DNA of 64,000 bases from Nageia nagi (GCA_050084985.1 JBITNC010000001.1:199330001-199394000), one strand, 5' to 3'; shown: positions 40,700 to 54,484, counted from the stretch's first letter. The notes: generated by a model from the letters alone, not told the origin. Numbers and translations: made by a program.

Positions 40700-41090
40700 T
40701 AGTAAAGTAGCATTAGCTATAGCATCTATAAAATTTTCATTATTCCATAAAATATTCTCAAATTGAATATGTTTGGAGCATCGTTGAACCATTGCAGCTA
40801 CTAGATCCTTATATGGTTGTAATTTCTCATCTTTTGTGTTGTAGACATCATTGATTTGTTTAATGATAAGTTCTGAATCACCATAAACTTTAAACTAATT
40901 GATTCCAAGGTTTATTGTTTTCTTTAATCCCAAAACTAAATCTTCATACTCAACCACATTTGTTTTTCACTTAAAATTTAACTTGTAAGCCATAGGAATC
41001 ATACCACCTTTAGGAGATACTAGGAAAACTCCTACCCCAACCCCTCACAAACATTTGGATCCATTAAAGAATAGTATCCATATCTTATTC
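40700..41090 (-). pseudogene. Additional archaeal-type RNase H (aRH) of element I
   Basis: WILFFNGS..GVGVFLVSP..NVVEYEDLVLGL..VYGDSELIIKQI. Confidence 0.9.
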
Positions 41091-41229
41091 TCACACCACT
41101 TAATTAATACCACAAGCTCATTCTTGTTAATGTTTTCATCACATGGAGTTGTTGTAAGCATATTAACTATAACTTGTCCCTTGACTACATTTTGGCATGT
41201 GTATTGGAGATTAAACTCTTATGGTTCCA

Positions 41230-41560
41230 TTATCCATTTGGTTAATCTTTCTTGCAACTATGGTCTAGATAACAAATACCTTAATGGATCAGCTTGATTC
41301 ATAATAAAGTTAGTGTTGGTGATTATGTAGTACTTCAATTTCTATGTTGTGTAGAATATGATATAACACAACTTCTCAATTGGTGTGTAATTGACTAGTA
41401 AAGAGTGATTTGGGTGCATTGGTCTTCTTTTCTATTTTACATGTTTGGCATCTTATTGTACCACCAAATTGTGAGTCACAAAGGTTATATCTAACCTTTT
41501 CATGTCATTGTATTCCCAACCAAAAATATCCTTGAATCATATCAAGAACTATTGGTATGT
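41230..41560 (-). pseudogene. Pre-RT segment fused directly to RNase H of element I
   Basis: FKDIFGWEYNDMKRLD..HNL..AKHVK*KRRPMHP followed at once by NYTPIEKLC..DPLRYLLSRP. Confidence 0.85.
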
Positions 41561-42745
41561 TTACTTATCTTTCTTGATGATTATTGTTTCAATCTAAATA
41601 ATATGTCATACCTATTATGTACTTATGTTTATCTCAAAAAGAGGCTCATTAAACCATGGTATCTCATCACCAGGTTGAGAAAGGTTAGGAAATGCCCCCA
41701 ATCCTATTATGATATAAAAAAAAAGAATGGCACACATACATACCTAGCTACCTAGCCTACTCCTATGTAATGAAAGAAAAAGGTAGGCTAATATAGTAGG
41801 AAAGAACCTGCTATGTCCTCCATATCCTATTTTAAATAAGCATAAAGATGATAGGAAACCTTGGCTTGCCTCTTTGGATGGAATGGATTGAACTCTGATA
41901 TTTCCCCCAACATATGTAGAAGTGCATCATCCAATTTAAACACATCAATAGACCTAGAAATTATCCTATCAAGCATGGTATAAGAGTAATCATGATTTGC
42001 TTTCATATCATGGGCATGAATATTATCATAAGTACTAGATATAGCATGGGCATTGGCCTTCTTTGAATATTTAGCCTTGATTTCAAGTTCCAACTCAATA
42101 ATATTAACTGAATGCAACTCTAAGTTTGCTTTTGATTCTTCATCACTATTGTATGAAACCAAATTTATTTGATTTACTTTATTTATCCTTAGGAAACTTT
42201 TCCCTTCATTTGATTTAAATATTTTCATAGGTGGTTCTTCAATTTATTGTTCATTCCTACAAAGTCCTTTACCTTTGTACCTTTTAGATTCCATATATTG
42301 AGAAATCAATGGTGCATGATATCTCATATATCTTATCTTCTTATTAACCTTGACATAGGATGGCACCTTATTATTGTTTATGTCTAATTCTAATTCTAGT
42401 ACTAAAGTATTAGTATTGTACCATACAATCTTGACATCATCCTCTTTTGATTCTAACTAATCCTAATTGCATTTGTAGTAGTAAGGGAAATGTGGGCACT
42501 GAGGTGAGTACAAGCACTGATGCTGATGTGAACATTTACCATTATTTTCTTTCTAATTAATCTTATATGTTCTTTAATAACCTTATATCTACTATATATA
42601 TGCCAACACCTTTCTCCTCGTATACTTGCATGGTATCACTATCTTCTTCATCTTCCTCACTATCTTCATCATTTTCCTCATGGATTTAAATATTTTTGTA
42701 TGAAACTATGGTGTTCCCAACTTGTGAAATCATATTTAGATTTTA

Positions 42746-44480
42746 TTACACTACTTCAACTACATATTCATGTCCAGTATGGTTAAATTTAATCAATCTA
42801 TGTAATTTAGGTGGTACACACCTCATTGGATGTATCCATGGTCTCCCAAGGATAATATCATAAGGAAGCTTCTTATCTTGGACATATGTCATAACTTCCA
42901 CTGCATTTGATCCCAACTGAATAGGTAACATGATATGTATAGTATATTCTTTTCTATTGCTATCATAACTTGTGATATTTTACTTCTTTCTAATAAATGT
43001 AGGCATTAATTTATCACCAAACTTCTTGAGGAAGTGAATATAGAAAATATTCAAACATGCACCATCATATACAAATGCATGCTTAACTATTTTTCCTAAT
43101 AGGTTTACACACATGTGAATTGGTAAGCACTTATCCATGATATTATCACTAAGAATTTTATCTTTAGTAAATTTTATAACATTCTTGAAACAACCAATCA
43201 TTCCTATAACATGAACATTAGTATCAACATCAACACCACTAAGGAGTTCAAACAATGGCATTCTATATTCCTCAAATGTTTAAAATAATTCAAGCAAACT
43301 GATTTTAACATTGATATTTTTTAGATTTTACATAATGCTATTTTTTCATTTATCTTTCCTCTTTTCCTTAAGATAAGATTTAAAAGGTGTCTATTTTGTA
43401 GTAGAAATGGATTAGGAATACCTTTCATTGATCTTTTGGTTGCATTTCATGTTTGTTCCAAATATGAACTAGCATTTGAATCTAGTTTTGTATTCAATTC
43501 ATCATCAAACTCAATAGGTTCACCATTATCATCATACAAAATAATATTTACCATATTAACAAAAGGTAAGTCTTGAGAGTTGACTTTGAGCACATCATTT
43601 TCATATGAAATTGTACTAATATCCAACAAGTGTTTCAATTTCTTTCTCAAAATGTAACAACTTATTGTATTATGCCCTTTAATTTGATGATATTTGTAGA
43701 ATTAATTCTCCCTATACCAACTAAGCTTTTCATAATTAGATCTATATTCTTTTCCTTGAATTCATTTTATTAGAACATTCTTTAGACATTCCTCAAACAA
43801 TTGGTTAGGGTTTACTAGTAGTAAATATAATTCTTTGGTTGATTTTCTATCTTTGAATTTGTCTTAGTTAGATGGTTCAATTGCATTAACTAAAGTATCA
43901 TCCTTTTTGTTATAGGTTTTCCTACCATTATTTTTATTATATGAGGAGAATGTGTACTTAAACAAATTAGATCTTACTAATAATTCCTTTTTCTCAATAA
44001 TCAAATGAACCATATATATAAATGAACCATTAACATGCTCAAGCTCTTTTTTCACTAAGAATGAGATGAATGTTTTGAAGGAACACTTTTGTAATCAAAA
44101 TCTCTTCCATATTTTTTTCAATGGACCTTCAAAGTTTGATAAATATAGGAACAAACTTATCCAACCTCTCCATTTGGTCCTGCTTAGAATAGATTAAATC
44201 TATCAAATCAATCAGCTTCTTTACATTGCACTTGAAGTGAGCCTTGAACTGATCCTTTAATTTTTGATATGATGTTATAGAACTTGGTTCGAACCTATGA
44301 AACCACTTGCGAGCTTCATCAATTAAACTCAAAGGGAAATATTTTGCTTTCAAATGATCATTAACCCCACATTTAATCTTCATAATGTATTCAAAACCCT
44401 AAAGATGTATGATAAGATTAGTCTCACTATTAAACTTTTCAAATTCAATATCCTTATCTGTATTGATAAGGAGTGTATTT
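42746..44480 (-). pseudogene. gag: gag and protease of element I
   Basis: FPLSLIDEARKWF (44129 ORF); C.YHQIKGHNTISC ~43660-43700; AFVYDGACLNI; YDIILGRPWIH. Confidence 0.9.
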
Positions 44481-46985
44481 TGAATATCCATGCTCAATGT
44501 GTTACCCTTGTTCTTTGTTTGATCTACATAAACTTCAATTTTTTCTTTAGTTGTGTAACCTAAGACTCTATATTTCTAAATTCTTCATTGGTGAAGGCAC
44601 CTAAATTACATACTTAGTTTCTAGCATTCATGATACTATTAGCATTATCATTGATGATAGGTTCCATGCTTATGTGCATGTCCACATTTATCTAATTAAC
44701 AACTTGGATCATAGGTGTATATGCCTTCCAATAAGGGCTTATAATTTGAGCATTGCCATCAATTTGGTCAACACTTTAGGAGATATGTTCACCATTTCTA
44801 TCACACTCAAAAAATCATTGATCAGATGCAACCAAGAACCCTAGGGTTCTTGATGTAAAAGGATGGTTAGGTTTGATAGCACTTATATTATAACCCTAAT
44901 TAAGAGAAATAAAATGTTATAAAAGGTGGGACCAAGATGTTCATATGTGTTTTGGTATCACCTAGGGTTTTTATCCTAAATGAACTAAATACACATAAAT
45001 ATTTAAGTATGATTTATCTAAGCTATTTAACTCAAATAAACATACATGAATAAGTTAATATAATAGTGCAATAATATAATAACAAATTTACATTGATGTC
45101 AAGATGTAAAATGAACTACATGCACTAAAGAGAAAGGAATCAAGTAAAATACAAATACCTATGTTGTAATCAAGGATATTATGGATGAACTTATCAAAGA
45201 GTAATGATCTTATTTTGAAAACCCCAAGGCCATCTATAGAATAAATACCAACATGGGAACTAATATACAAGAGCTTAATGTGGACACAAAAATGTTGGCA
45301 TGGGTGTTAGTGTTCTGAATAAGTAAGGCTTACCAAAAAGGATTGATGATAGAAGATATGATGAAAAATTAAACTAAGCATAAGATTACAAAGATAGATA
45401 ATAGATATTTGCTTGAGTGTTAATAATATTTTAACCTCAATAGGTAGTATTTAGAAATATCCAAGAGTAAGGTATCAGATATCAGATGTAATCTTGACAT
45501 GCTTTCCCCAAGTTAGAGATACTTACATTTATATCAGGCATGATATCACCATTTGATCCCTTGAATATTGGTTGAAGCCATCCCAATGTACCTAACATAA
45601 AAATAAGAACACAACCTAAGAAATATGTGATAATAAGGGTAAAATATGATTAAAATGTGATTAAATATGTATGTAAAGTTGCACCTAAGTGGGACTGTGT
45701 TAAGGGGACCACCTTTAGGTATCAATAATTCATGTTCAAATATTCATGATGAAAATAGGTAAATACTCATAATGGAAATTTATTATAATGAAATTAACCC
45801 TAAAATTAGCCTTAGAATGCTAACATACTCCTTTAGATGATATTTGAATGCACAAATGAACCTCAAAAATACTATAAAACATGAATGTCTAACTTGGGAT
45901 TATCATAAAATGCAATATGAACCTTCAACCTTATCCTAGTATTATAACATATGATCTCATATGGTCTTAAAATATCAAATGAACCTCAAAATAAGACTCA
46001 ATATGCCACATTCACATATAGATAGCTTTAAAACATAGGTCAACCACTAAAAATTCCCTTAGTGTGCAAACATGTGACCCTAGAATAACCTTGAGATGTA
46101 AATTAGACCTCAAAACTTATCTAGTATTACAATATATACCTTTGAAAAGCACTCAAAACATAAATTTTTTTCTTCTAGAGAGGTAAAAATATGGAAATGA
46201 ACTCAAAAATGCCCTCAAGAATACAATATGTAGCTTCAGGTGACCTAGAAATAAAATGTTTGGCTTCAGGTGGCCTCGATATGTAGCTTGATCCTTGAAA
46301 TCTTCCTCAATATACTAAAATCCTTCGTATATGAATCTCAAAATATTGGATAGGCCTTAAAATGGCTCCTGAGAAACTAATGTTCAGCTTCAAGTTGGAC
46401 TAGAATGTTAATGTCTAGCTCTATATGAGCTCATAATATCCATAAAACCCTTAATTCCCCTTTGAACTCAAATAAATCAAGAATGAACTTCAACTTGAAA
46501 TAAATTTATAATTTTTTTTGAAAGTGTACCTTTTCAAGCTAGAAAAACCTCATCAATGCCATGAAAATTGAAATTAGGGCCAAAAGATACCTAATGACTT
46601 TCCATAAGGATGAGATAAAGCTCCTAAATCCCCAAAATCTTGCTCCAAATGCCCATATCATTCAAAAACTCATTCAAAATGATCATTATGATGCTAGGTC
46701 AAATTCAATATTTAATAGGATAAAGATATATTATGAAATATAACTATGAGCATTGTGATCTATAATAATATCATAATGAGTCTCCTTTAACTTCTCCAAC
46801 TCCTCCAACTAATACCTCCTCCACTCTTACCCAAGAGTAAGGGCAAGATATCCAACTTCACTCAATAAATATTTCATGTGTGATACCACTATTATGTGGG
46901 TATCCAAATCTTCAAACTCTCTTTAGATCCAACTTGAAACCCTCTATGAATGATGCCTTTGATTCTAATATGATGGTAGAATCAA

Positions 46986-46998
46986 GGCTCTAATACCA
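46986..46998 (-). promoter_or_regulatory. PBS (tRNA-iMet) of element E
   Basis: TGGTATTAGAGCC on minus strand, 3 nt from LTR end at 47002. Confidence 0.85.
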
Positions 46999-47051
46999 CT
47001 ATGATGATTCATTCTAGGGCTCACTCATCAAACATGCCCTAGGAGAGGTAT

Positions 47052-49053
47052 TGTATTCCTCTAAAATAACACTCAAAATTTGGGTAATTCTACTATTATT
47101 CATTCTTTATTATTTCATTCTTTAGTACTGAGAGCTATGTATATAAGAGTACCCAAGGGGAATACTATTCTTTCAGGATCTTCATGACTTGTAAGATTTT
47201 TGTATAAATTCTTCCCCTCTTCTCATTGCTTTTCCTTACACTATCGAGTCATTTTTTTTTACTAAATAAAGTCACCCAAGAGTTTTATCATTTTTTAGTA
47301 CCTAGGAAATATGTAAATAAAGTTACCCAAAAGTTATATCAGTGAGACTTGTGTCAATTTTTTATTCTTTTATTCTTTAGTGACTGGGAGTTGAGAGTCT
47401 CCAGGAATCATGTCATTTTCTCCAAGTATACTCAAGAAGTCATGAATGTAAAAGTTCTTAGAGTCATGTTTATTACTTTAGAGTCCTTAGGAATTAGTGG
47501 CATAAATGTCCAAAACTTGTACATATTCAAAGTTTCATTTTTGAAGAATATCAATAGTACCTAGGGATTTTGAAGGATGATGTCACAATTTTTGATCAAA
47601 ATCAATGGGTCCCAAAGCAAGAAATGGTGAGTGTATATTTTTAAAGAACATCAGTAGAGCTCAGTGAATTTAGAAGGTGACATCACATTTTTTGTGAAAA
47701 CCAACAGGTTCTAAAGAAATCAAAATTCAATAGAACCCACCAATTCTAGGAGATGACATCATGAATTTTGGCTAAAATTAGTAGGTCCTAGTTGAATCAA
47801 AATATAAATAGTACTTAAGGATTTCAAAAGGTGATGTCACATTTTTTATGAAAATTAATGGGTCCCAAAGATATCAAAATTTCAATATAACCCATCAATT
47901 ATAGGAGATGACATTATGAATTTCAACTAAAATCAATGGGTCTTGAAAGAACCAAATCATCAATAGAGCTTGAAAGAAAAACATAGAGCCTACCAAGCAA
48001 GTAAAAGAGTAGTGCGTAAGAAAGAACACCTGGATCCACTTCATATTAAGTGTTTGACCCCCAAGGCCCTATTAATGTGTTGAAACCAACTCATTTCCAT
48101 ATAATAAAGGAAATTCTTCTTGATTCAAGTGAACATAATGTCTACCAACCATCATTACTCTAATTGCTAACATCCATAGTAGAGATCATAAAGATTGCAG
48201 AGAAATACATGGAGGCTAATAAAGCATATAACCAAATCATACCAATCAATGTGTAATCAAATAGCTATTCAATTAGCAATATTTTTATATTCAATTAGCT
48301 ATAGGACTAAGGAAGGAGTAGTCAACAACATGTCAGAAGGATTATGACTCTATGGATGTGGTTGACCAAAAGTTACAAATCTCCAAATAGTTCAAATAGT
48401 TGATGTTGATTAGTACTTATTCACTATATAATCTAGCACAATTGTAACATTTATGTAAATAGTACTATTATAGTTATTTTATTCAATACTAGTAGTAATG
48501 TACATTAATGAGATTCAACCACCCAAAGAGGGGGGAGTTGTATAAATAACTAGTTTTTAGAAATTAAAGAAGGTTACACATTCTAGCAAATTTCCCTAAT
48601 TTGTATAAGCAATTCACATATGATAATGCAAATATGCAATGCTTTTCCCTCTTGAAACAAGTGGTTTTTATTGCTTTTGTGAATGTTATGTGTAGAATAT
48701 TTTCTACAAATTATGGTTATGTATTATGATTGCAAGACCCCAAGTGCGAGATAGTCTACAATTCTTAATCTTGGCTATGGATTGCTTTCTATGCTGCAAT
48801 GCTTGGGTTGTAAATTTCCTATTTTAGTTATTTATTTGTTTATCTCTTTTTTGTAACTCTCTATCTTTTTATTCCTTTCCTGTTACTTTTAGCTTTAAAC
48901 ATAGATAGGAATCAACCTATAAACTAGAGATTGAGTAGAAAACCAACATGAGTGCATCCCCACCACCTTTTGCTCTTTCAAATAACATACCATCGAGGGA
49001 AGTGAAGAACATGAACATACCAAACCCTTGATGTTACACTATACTGATCAATA
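47052..49053 (+). repeat. Left LTR of element G (~2.0 kb)
   Basis: TGTATTCCTC...GATCAATA, colinear with 58928-60923. Confidence 0.92.
47540..47970. repeat. Degenerate ~77-bp tandem array in G LTR (second copy ~59430-59850)
   Basis: TGATGTCA/TGACATCA cores at 47578, 47678, 47754, 47832, 47909. Confidence 0.8.
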
Positions 49054-49070
49054 GTAGCCAATTCCATTTT

Positions 49071-49088
49071 TGGCATGCTCGATGGGAC
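49071..49088 (+). promoter_or_regulatory. PBS (tRNA-Arg type) of element G
   Basis: TGGCATGCTCGATGGGAC = TGGCACGCCCGGTGGGAC with three deamination-type changes. Confidence 0.8.
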
Positions 49089-49439
49089 CTAAGCTAAATT
49101 TCATGTTTAGCAGGCATTGTTAGGCTTGATAGCATCATATAGTGGGTTATCAAATTAATACTTCAATATTATAAGGTTTTTTTAACCTTATTTGTGATTT
49201 ATATCAACCAATTAAATTTTTTGAACCCTAGCACCTCAAGAATGTAGATTAACTAGAAGTAGTGTTAGAAATTCCCTTAGATAGCCTAGATTTTAAGAGT
49301 TGTCACTTCCTTATAGGAGGACTAGATGAAAGATATCTCAAGTTGTGTCTCCTTTGATCCCTTTAAGGGATACCCCTTTATCAATTATATTTGACTCATT
49401 CCCAAAAAATCCTTTGCCTCCTACATGTCCTCCAAGTAT

Positions 49440-52400
49440 GGCTCAACCAGCAGACTTCCCTACCTAGAATAACAATCATCCTTTGGTTGTAACTGCTAAT
49501 TCACTACCTATACCTCTAGTAGCTTTTAAAGTTTTTCCTAAGTATGATGGACCTAAAAAGATGCCATATGAGCATTATCAAGATATATTATTGTTAGCTT
49601 CAATCTTCAACATCACTGATGAAATTGTGATGACAAGGTTATTATCACACTCTTCTAAAGGCAAAGTAGCTAAATGGTTCAAAATTATCACCCTCTAATA
49701 TATAAATTCATGGGAAGAGTTGTATTAGGCCCTGATTAAAATATTTTCTATAAATGGTGATGATAACATGTTCTTTAGCCTCATAGCATGTATCAAAATA
49801 CATCTGCATGAATCTATTGATGATTTTAATATTAGATTTGAAAGAACATGGAAATCTATACTAGTAAGGATAAGACCAACAAATGCTCAAACTCTAATAT
49901 ATTACTAAAAATATTTTATTCCTTACCTCAATATGCTTATTATTATGTTAAGAGATACATTTCCAAATGTTTACCAGATAGTAAAGACTGTAGAACATAC
50001 CTTGGTGTCCTCTGATAAAATGCATTTCAAAATAATCATGCCTATATTTCCAACTTTACCTCCTGAATAGACTCCATGAATAGGTCACCCTAAAGTTATA
50101 GCCTTACCACCTCCTCCCAAACCTACTGTTCAAAATTAGCTACCAACATTGCCTAATCTTGCATCCACAAGCACTAGTATTGAACCTAAATCTTAAGAAG
50201 AGGAGAGAATAAGGTAGTTGGAAATAACTATAATAAATCTAACCAACAAGCTCACTTTATAAGAAAACTAGAACCAAGTAAGTCCATTCCATATGCTTTG
50301 TATAATATTATGAAAGAATTGAAGAAAACTCCTTTTAAGATGATAATGTTTTATGCATTAAAGATACCAGATCAATTAGATATTCTACAAGAAGTTTTAA
50401 AATTAAGAAATAGTAAAAAGAGGACAAATGAAGAAAATTCTATCTATGCTATGTTTGAAGTTATTCTACCAACTCCAATAGGTGTAACAAGACCTCCACT
50501 TTCTATTTATCCTTGAGATTAGAAGGTTGGGTCGTAAATAATTGTATGATTGATCCTAGAGCTACCATAACTGTTATTGCTAAAGTTGTTATAGATGAAA
50601 TGAAATTATACATTATAAGATGCATTGATGGTGTCATATAGTTAGATTCTTCCTTATTAGATGTTGTTGGTATTGTTAAAGGTGTTCAAATAACATTGAA
50701 TACCTTCTTTGATATTTGTGTTGTCCAAGACATTATTGTAGTTGATATTCCACCTCTATTTGGAATTTATCTTTTCAAAGAATTTACTACTAAATTGAGA
50801 GGGTACCTGGCCTTAGATTATAGTCATCTTCTACTTCTTTTTCAAAACAAACAGGTGAAGATTCTAAATGAGGGCACTAGAATTGTCCATCTCAAGAGGA
50901 TCAATGAAGTAAATTCTATAAATGATCCATAACTAGTGTAAATATTTAAAAGTGACACACTAAGAGAATCACTACTAACAACCAAAGTTCTATCAGCCAT
51001 TGATTTGAATTATCAAGTCATAGATGCTAGCATGGGTAATTATTATATATATGAGAAAGTTTAGCTAGTTTTATTTTCTACTAATAAAGAACATGAGGTA
51101 TGGGTGATGTATTTTGATGGTTCTCGATGTAGATATGGATGTGGAGCTGGAGTTGTCTTCAAATCTCCAAAGGGGACTACCAAAAAATTCTCCTTCTAAT
51201 TCACATGGACTTGTACAAATAATGCTACTAAATGTGAAGCCCTTTATTTAAGGTTATCTAAATAAATCATTTTAGGTATTATATGCTTGATTTTCCATGG
51301 TGATTATGAGTTAGTCATCAAGCAAGTTAGAAATTAGATCAATGCAAAACACCATTATTTGAAAAACTACAAGAATAGAGTGTGAGATTTATTAGAGTCA
51401 TTTCTAGCTATCAATTTTGTATCTATCCCCAAAAACCACAACCAAATATTTTATGCACTTGCTATAAAAGGAGCATGTTATAACCTTTCTCAACATAAAA
51501 GAGGAGCTCTTGGAGTCAAAGTTCAATGTAGGCCTTCAATACCAAATATTATGAACTTTTGGTAGGTGTTTGACTCTAATGAGCATATTATTAATTTCTT
51601 TATAGATGAAGTAGAGGCTCACTTTTTTAATACTTAAGAAATATCTAATTATTTCTAAGAATTAGACATCATTTAGCTTAGAAATACTATAGTACCAAAA
51701 GGACTACTCTCTTTTGAAAGACTATTTGATTTAGAAGATGTCCTAAAGGCCAAGTCTTTAGTCATCTTGAAGGAGAATTATGTTAAGCTAGAGGTAGATC
51801 TTGGTAAATTCATAAAAGTTGGTTCAGAATATTTTGGTGAAGAAAAGATTGCTATTTCTCAAATTTATCATGAGTTTTTATAAGTAATTACTTGGAATTA
51901 CAATGATCTTAAGACATATGACAAAGATGTCATCCAACACATAGTTGAACTTGAGTCAGATGCTAAACCATATAGGCAAAAGCAAAGACTTGTAAATCCA
52001 AAAATAGAAAAAGCTATGAAATAGAAGTTAATTAAACTCTTGATTAAAAAATTATTTATCCTATTAAGCATTCTTCTTCAGTTACAAATTTAGTTCTTGT
52101 AAGAAAGAGAAATGGAGAAATCAAACTCTGCATTGATTTTAAAATTTTGAATAAAGTATCTCTAAAATATAATTATCTTCTCCCACCTATGGAATAGATC
52201 TTACACATAGTAGCTGAAGCTTATTATTTTTCAATGATAGATGGTTACTCAAGATTTAATTAGATTTGGATGAAGGATGAAGATTAGTTCAAGATAGTAT
52301 TTATGACTAAATGGGGCACATTTGCTTTTCAAAGGATGCCATTTGGTATTTCTAATGCAGGAGCTACTTTTCAAAGAGCCAATGGATCATGCATTTGGTG

Positions 52401-54484
52401 AGCTAATAAAAAAAATCATATTAATTTATCTAGATTATATTACTATCTTCTCCAAAAGTAGAAGTGATCATCTAGAATATCTAAGATTAGTCTTTGAAAA
52501 ATGCATGAAGTTTGACATTTCAATCAACTTAAAAAAGTTAGTTTTTATGGTCAACCAAGGAAAGCTACTTGGCCACATTATCTCAAAAGAGAGGTCAGAA
52601 ATTGATCTAGATATATTAAAAGCTATAGAGGCATTACCACTCCCCTATAACAAGGTCTTACAATCATTTCTTGGTTAGATCAATTTTGTTAAAAAATTTA
52701 TTAATAATTTTTTAGAAATTGTCTCCAATAACTTCAATAATAAAGAAATATGTTGTATTTTCCTAGTATTGTAAAGCAAAATTAGCTTTCAAAGAGATAA
52801 AAAAGGCTATAATAGAAGCTCCTATGCTTAAAATCCTTGATATGTCAAAAAAATTCATCATTTATGCACATGGAGCATATAGGAGCATTACTGCAATTTT
52901 TGCACAGAAGGATGATGATAATGAGGAACACCTAATTACCTTTCATTGTCAAACACTGCATCAACACTAACAAAGGTACTCATTTATTGAAAAGCAAGTG
53001 TTTTCCATTATGAAAGGACTTAAAAAGTTCAAGCATTATGTCTCCCACAATAGAATTCTTGTATACACTATTCATTTAGATGTAAGAAATTATATTATAC
53101 AAAGAGATCTAGGTGAAGGAAAAGCTGGTTGGATTACTAAAATAATGGAATATAATATAGAGATCAAGCCAACCAAGCTGATTAAAGGCAAGACTCTCTA
53201 TAAGACTATGGCTGAAGCTTCACATATGATTGCTCTTCTAGAGGATGAACAACAACTTAATCAAGAAAGTGATTAGATTAAGAAAATTATTATTTATTTT
53301 AAAATGGGTAAGTGCCCTAAATATTTATATAGATTCCAAAAAAGGAGGTTTAGGTTGCATGCCCTTAAACTTGTTATGATAAATGATCGCTTGTATAGAA
53401 AATTTTTTGATCAAACCCTTCTTATATGTGTGATTGAAGATGAATCCCAAAGGATATTGCATGAATTTCATTACAAATTTTTGGTGAGCATTATAGTGGA
53501 CCAACTATAGCATCAAAGGTGTTACAAGTAGGATATTATTAGCTCACTATATTTTAGAATTCATTTAAGATTGCATGGGAATGTGATAAGGGCAACAAAT
53601 TTTTGGGAAAGAGAAGACAAGCTACAATGCCTATAAAACCTATGATAGTCAAAGAGCCTTTTCAATAGTGGGGTATGGACTTTATTGGTGTCATAAACCC
53701 TAATTCCTCAATAAGTCACAAATTTATTTTGACTACAACAAACTACTTCACTAGATGGTCAGAGGCTATGCCATGCAAAAATGTAGATCAAGAAGTTGTG
53801 ATAGAAATGATTAAAAGGATAATCACCCACTTTGGAATCTCATAAATTATAGTGTCAAATAATGGTCCAACATTTAACAAAGGCAATCTATCAAGCTTTG
53901 TAGCTCAGTATGGAATCTACTGGTTATTCTCTTCAAACTATTACCCATAGAGTAATGGGTTAGTTGAATCAACTAACAAAAATCTAACATGGATTATCAA
54001 GAGAATAATTGAAGGGAATATTAAATAGTGGCATACATAGTTGGACTATGCATTATGGGCTAATAGAATTAGTATAAAATCAACAATAAAGACATCCCCA
54101 TATGCATTAGTATATGGTAAAATACCAATGTTGCAAAAACATGACTTTGAACTATTATAGTCCAGATATAATCAACTCCTAAAATTGGAGGAAGATTGCA
54201 ATAAAGCATATGAGTCATTCTAGCATTTCAAACACATCATCAAGAGGTGGTTTGATAAGAAAAAGTCTTCTTAGGTGAAGTTTGAATTGGGTGATATTAT
54301 CCTCAAATAGGATGAGGAAAGAGCAAGACCTGAAAGATACCAAAAATTTGACTTTCTTTGGAGTAGACCTTACATCATTACCTAGGCCATGCAAAATAAT
54401 ATGTTCAAATTACAAGATGTTACCAGGTCCCAGGAATTACCTATTCCCATCAACAGGATCTATTCAAAACATTATCGAGTGATG
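49440..54484 (+). pseudogene. gag-pol: gag-pol of element G
   Basis: FPKYDG..KGKVAKWF gag; NCMIDPRAT protease ~50540; aRH WVMYFDGSRC..GAGVV 51100; RT KLCIDF..YLDYIT..GKLLGHII; RH YSFIEKQ; INT WGMDFIG..NYFTRW..FGI..NNG. Confidence 0.93.

Larger units (their letters stand above)
36976..45727 (-). mobile_element. Element I: Ogre/Tat-like Ty3/Gypsy (RH-aRH-INT order), RT core deleted
   Basis: LTRs 36976-37774 and 44938-45727; PPT AAAAGGGGGCATA 37775-37787; PBS-like TGGTCCCACCT 44924-44934; flanks ATTAT/ATTCA (imperfect TSD). Confidence 0.9.

Noticed and set aside
47540-47970. Regularly spaced repeats as a CRISPR array
   Set aside because: Whole units are homologous with no unique spacers; eukaryotic LTR context, no cas genes
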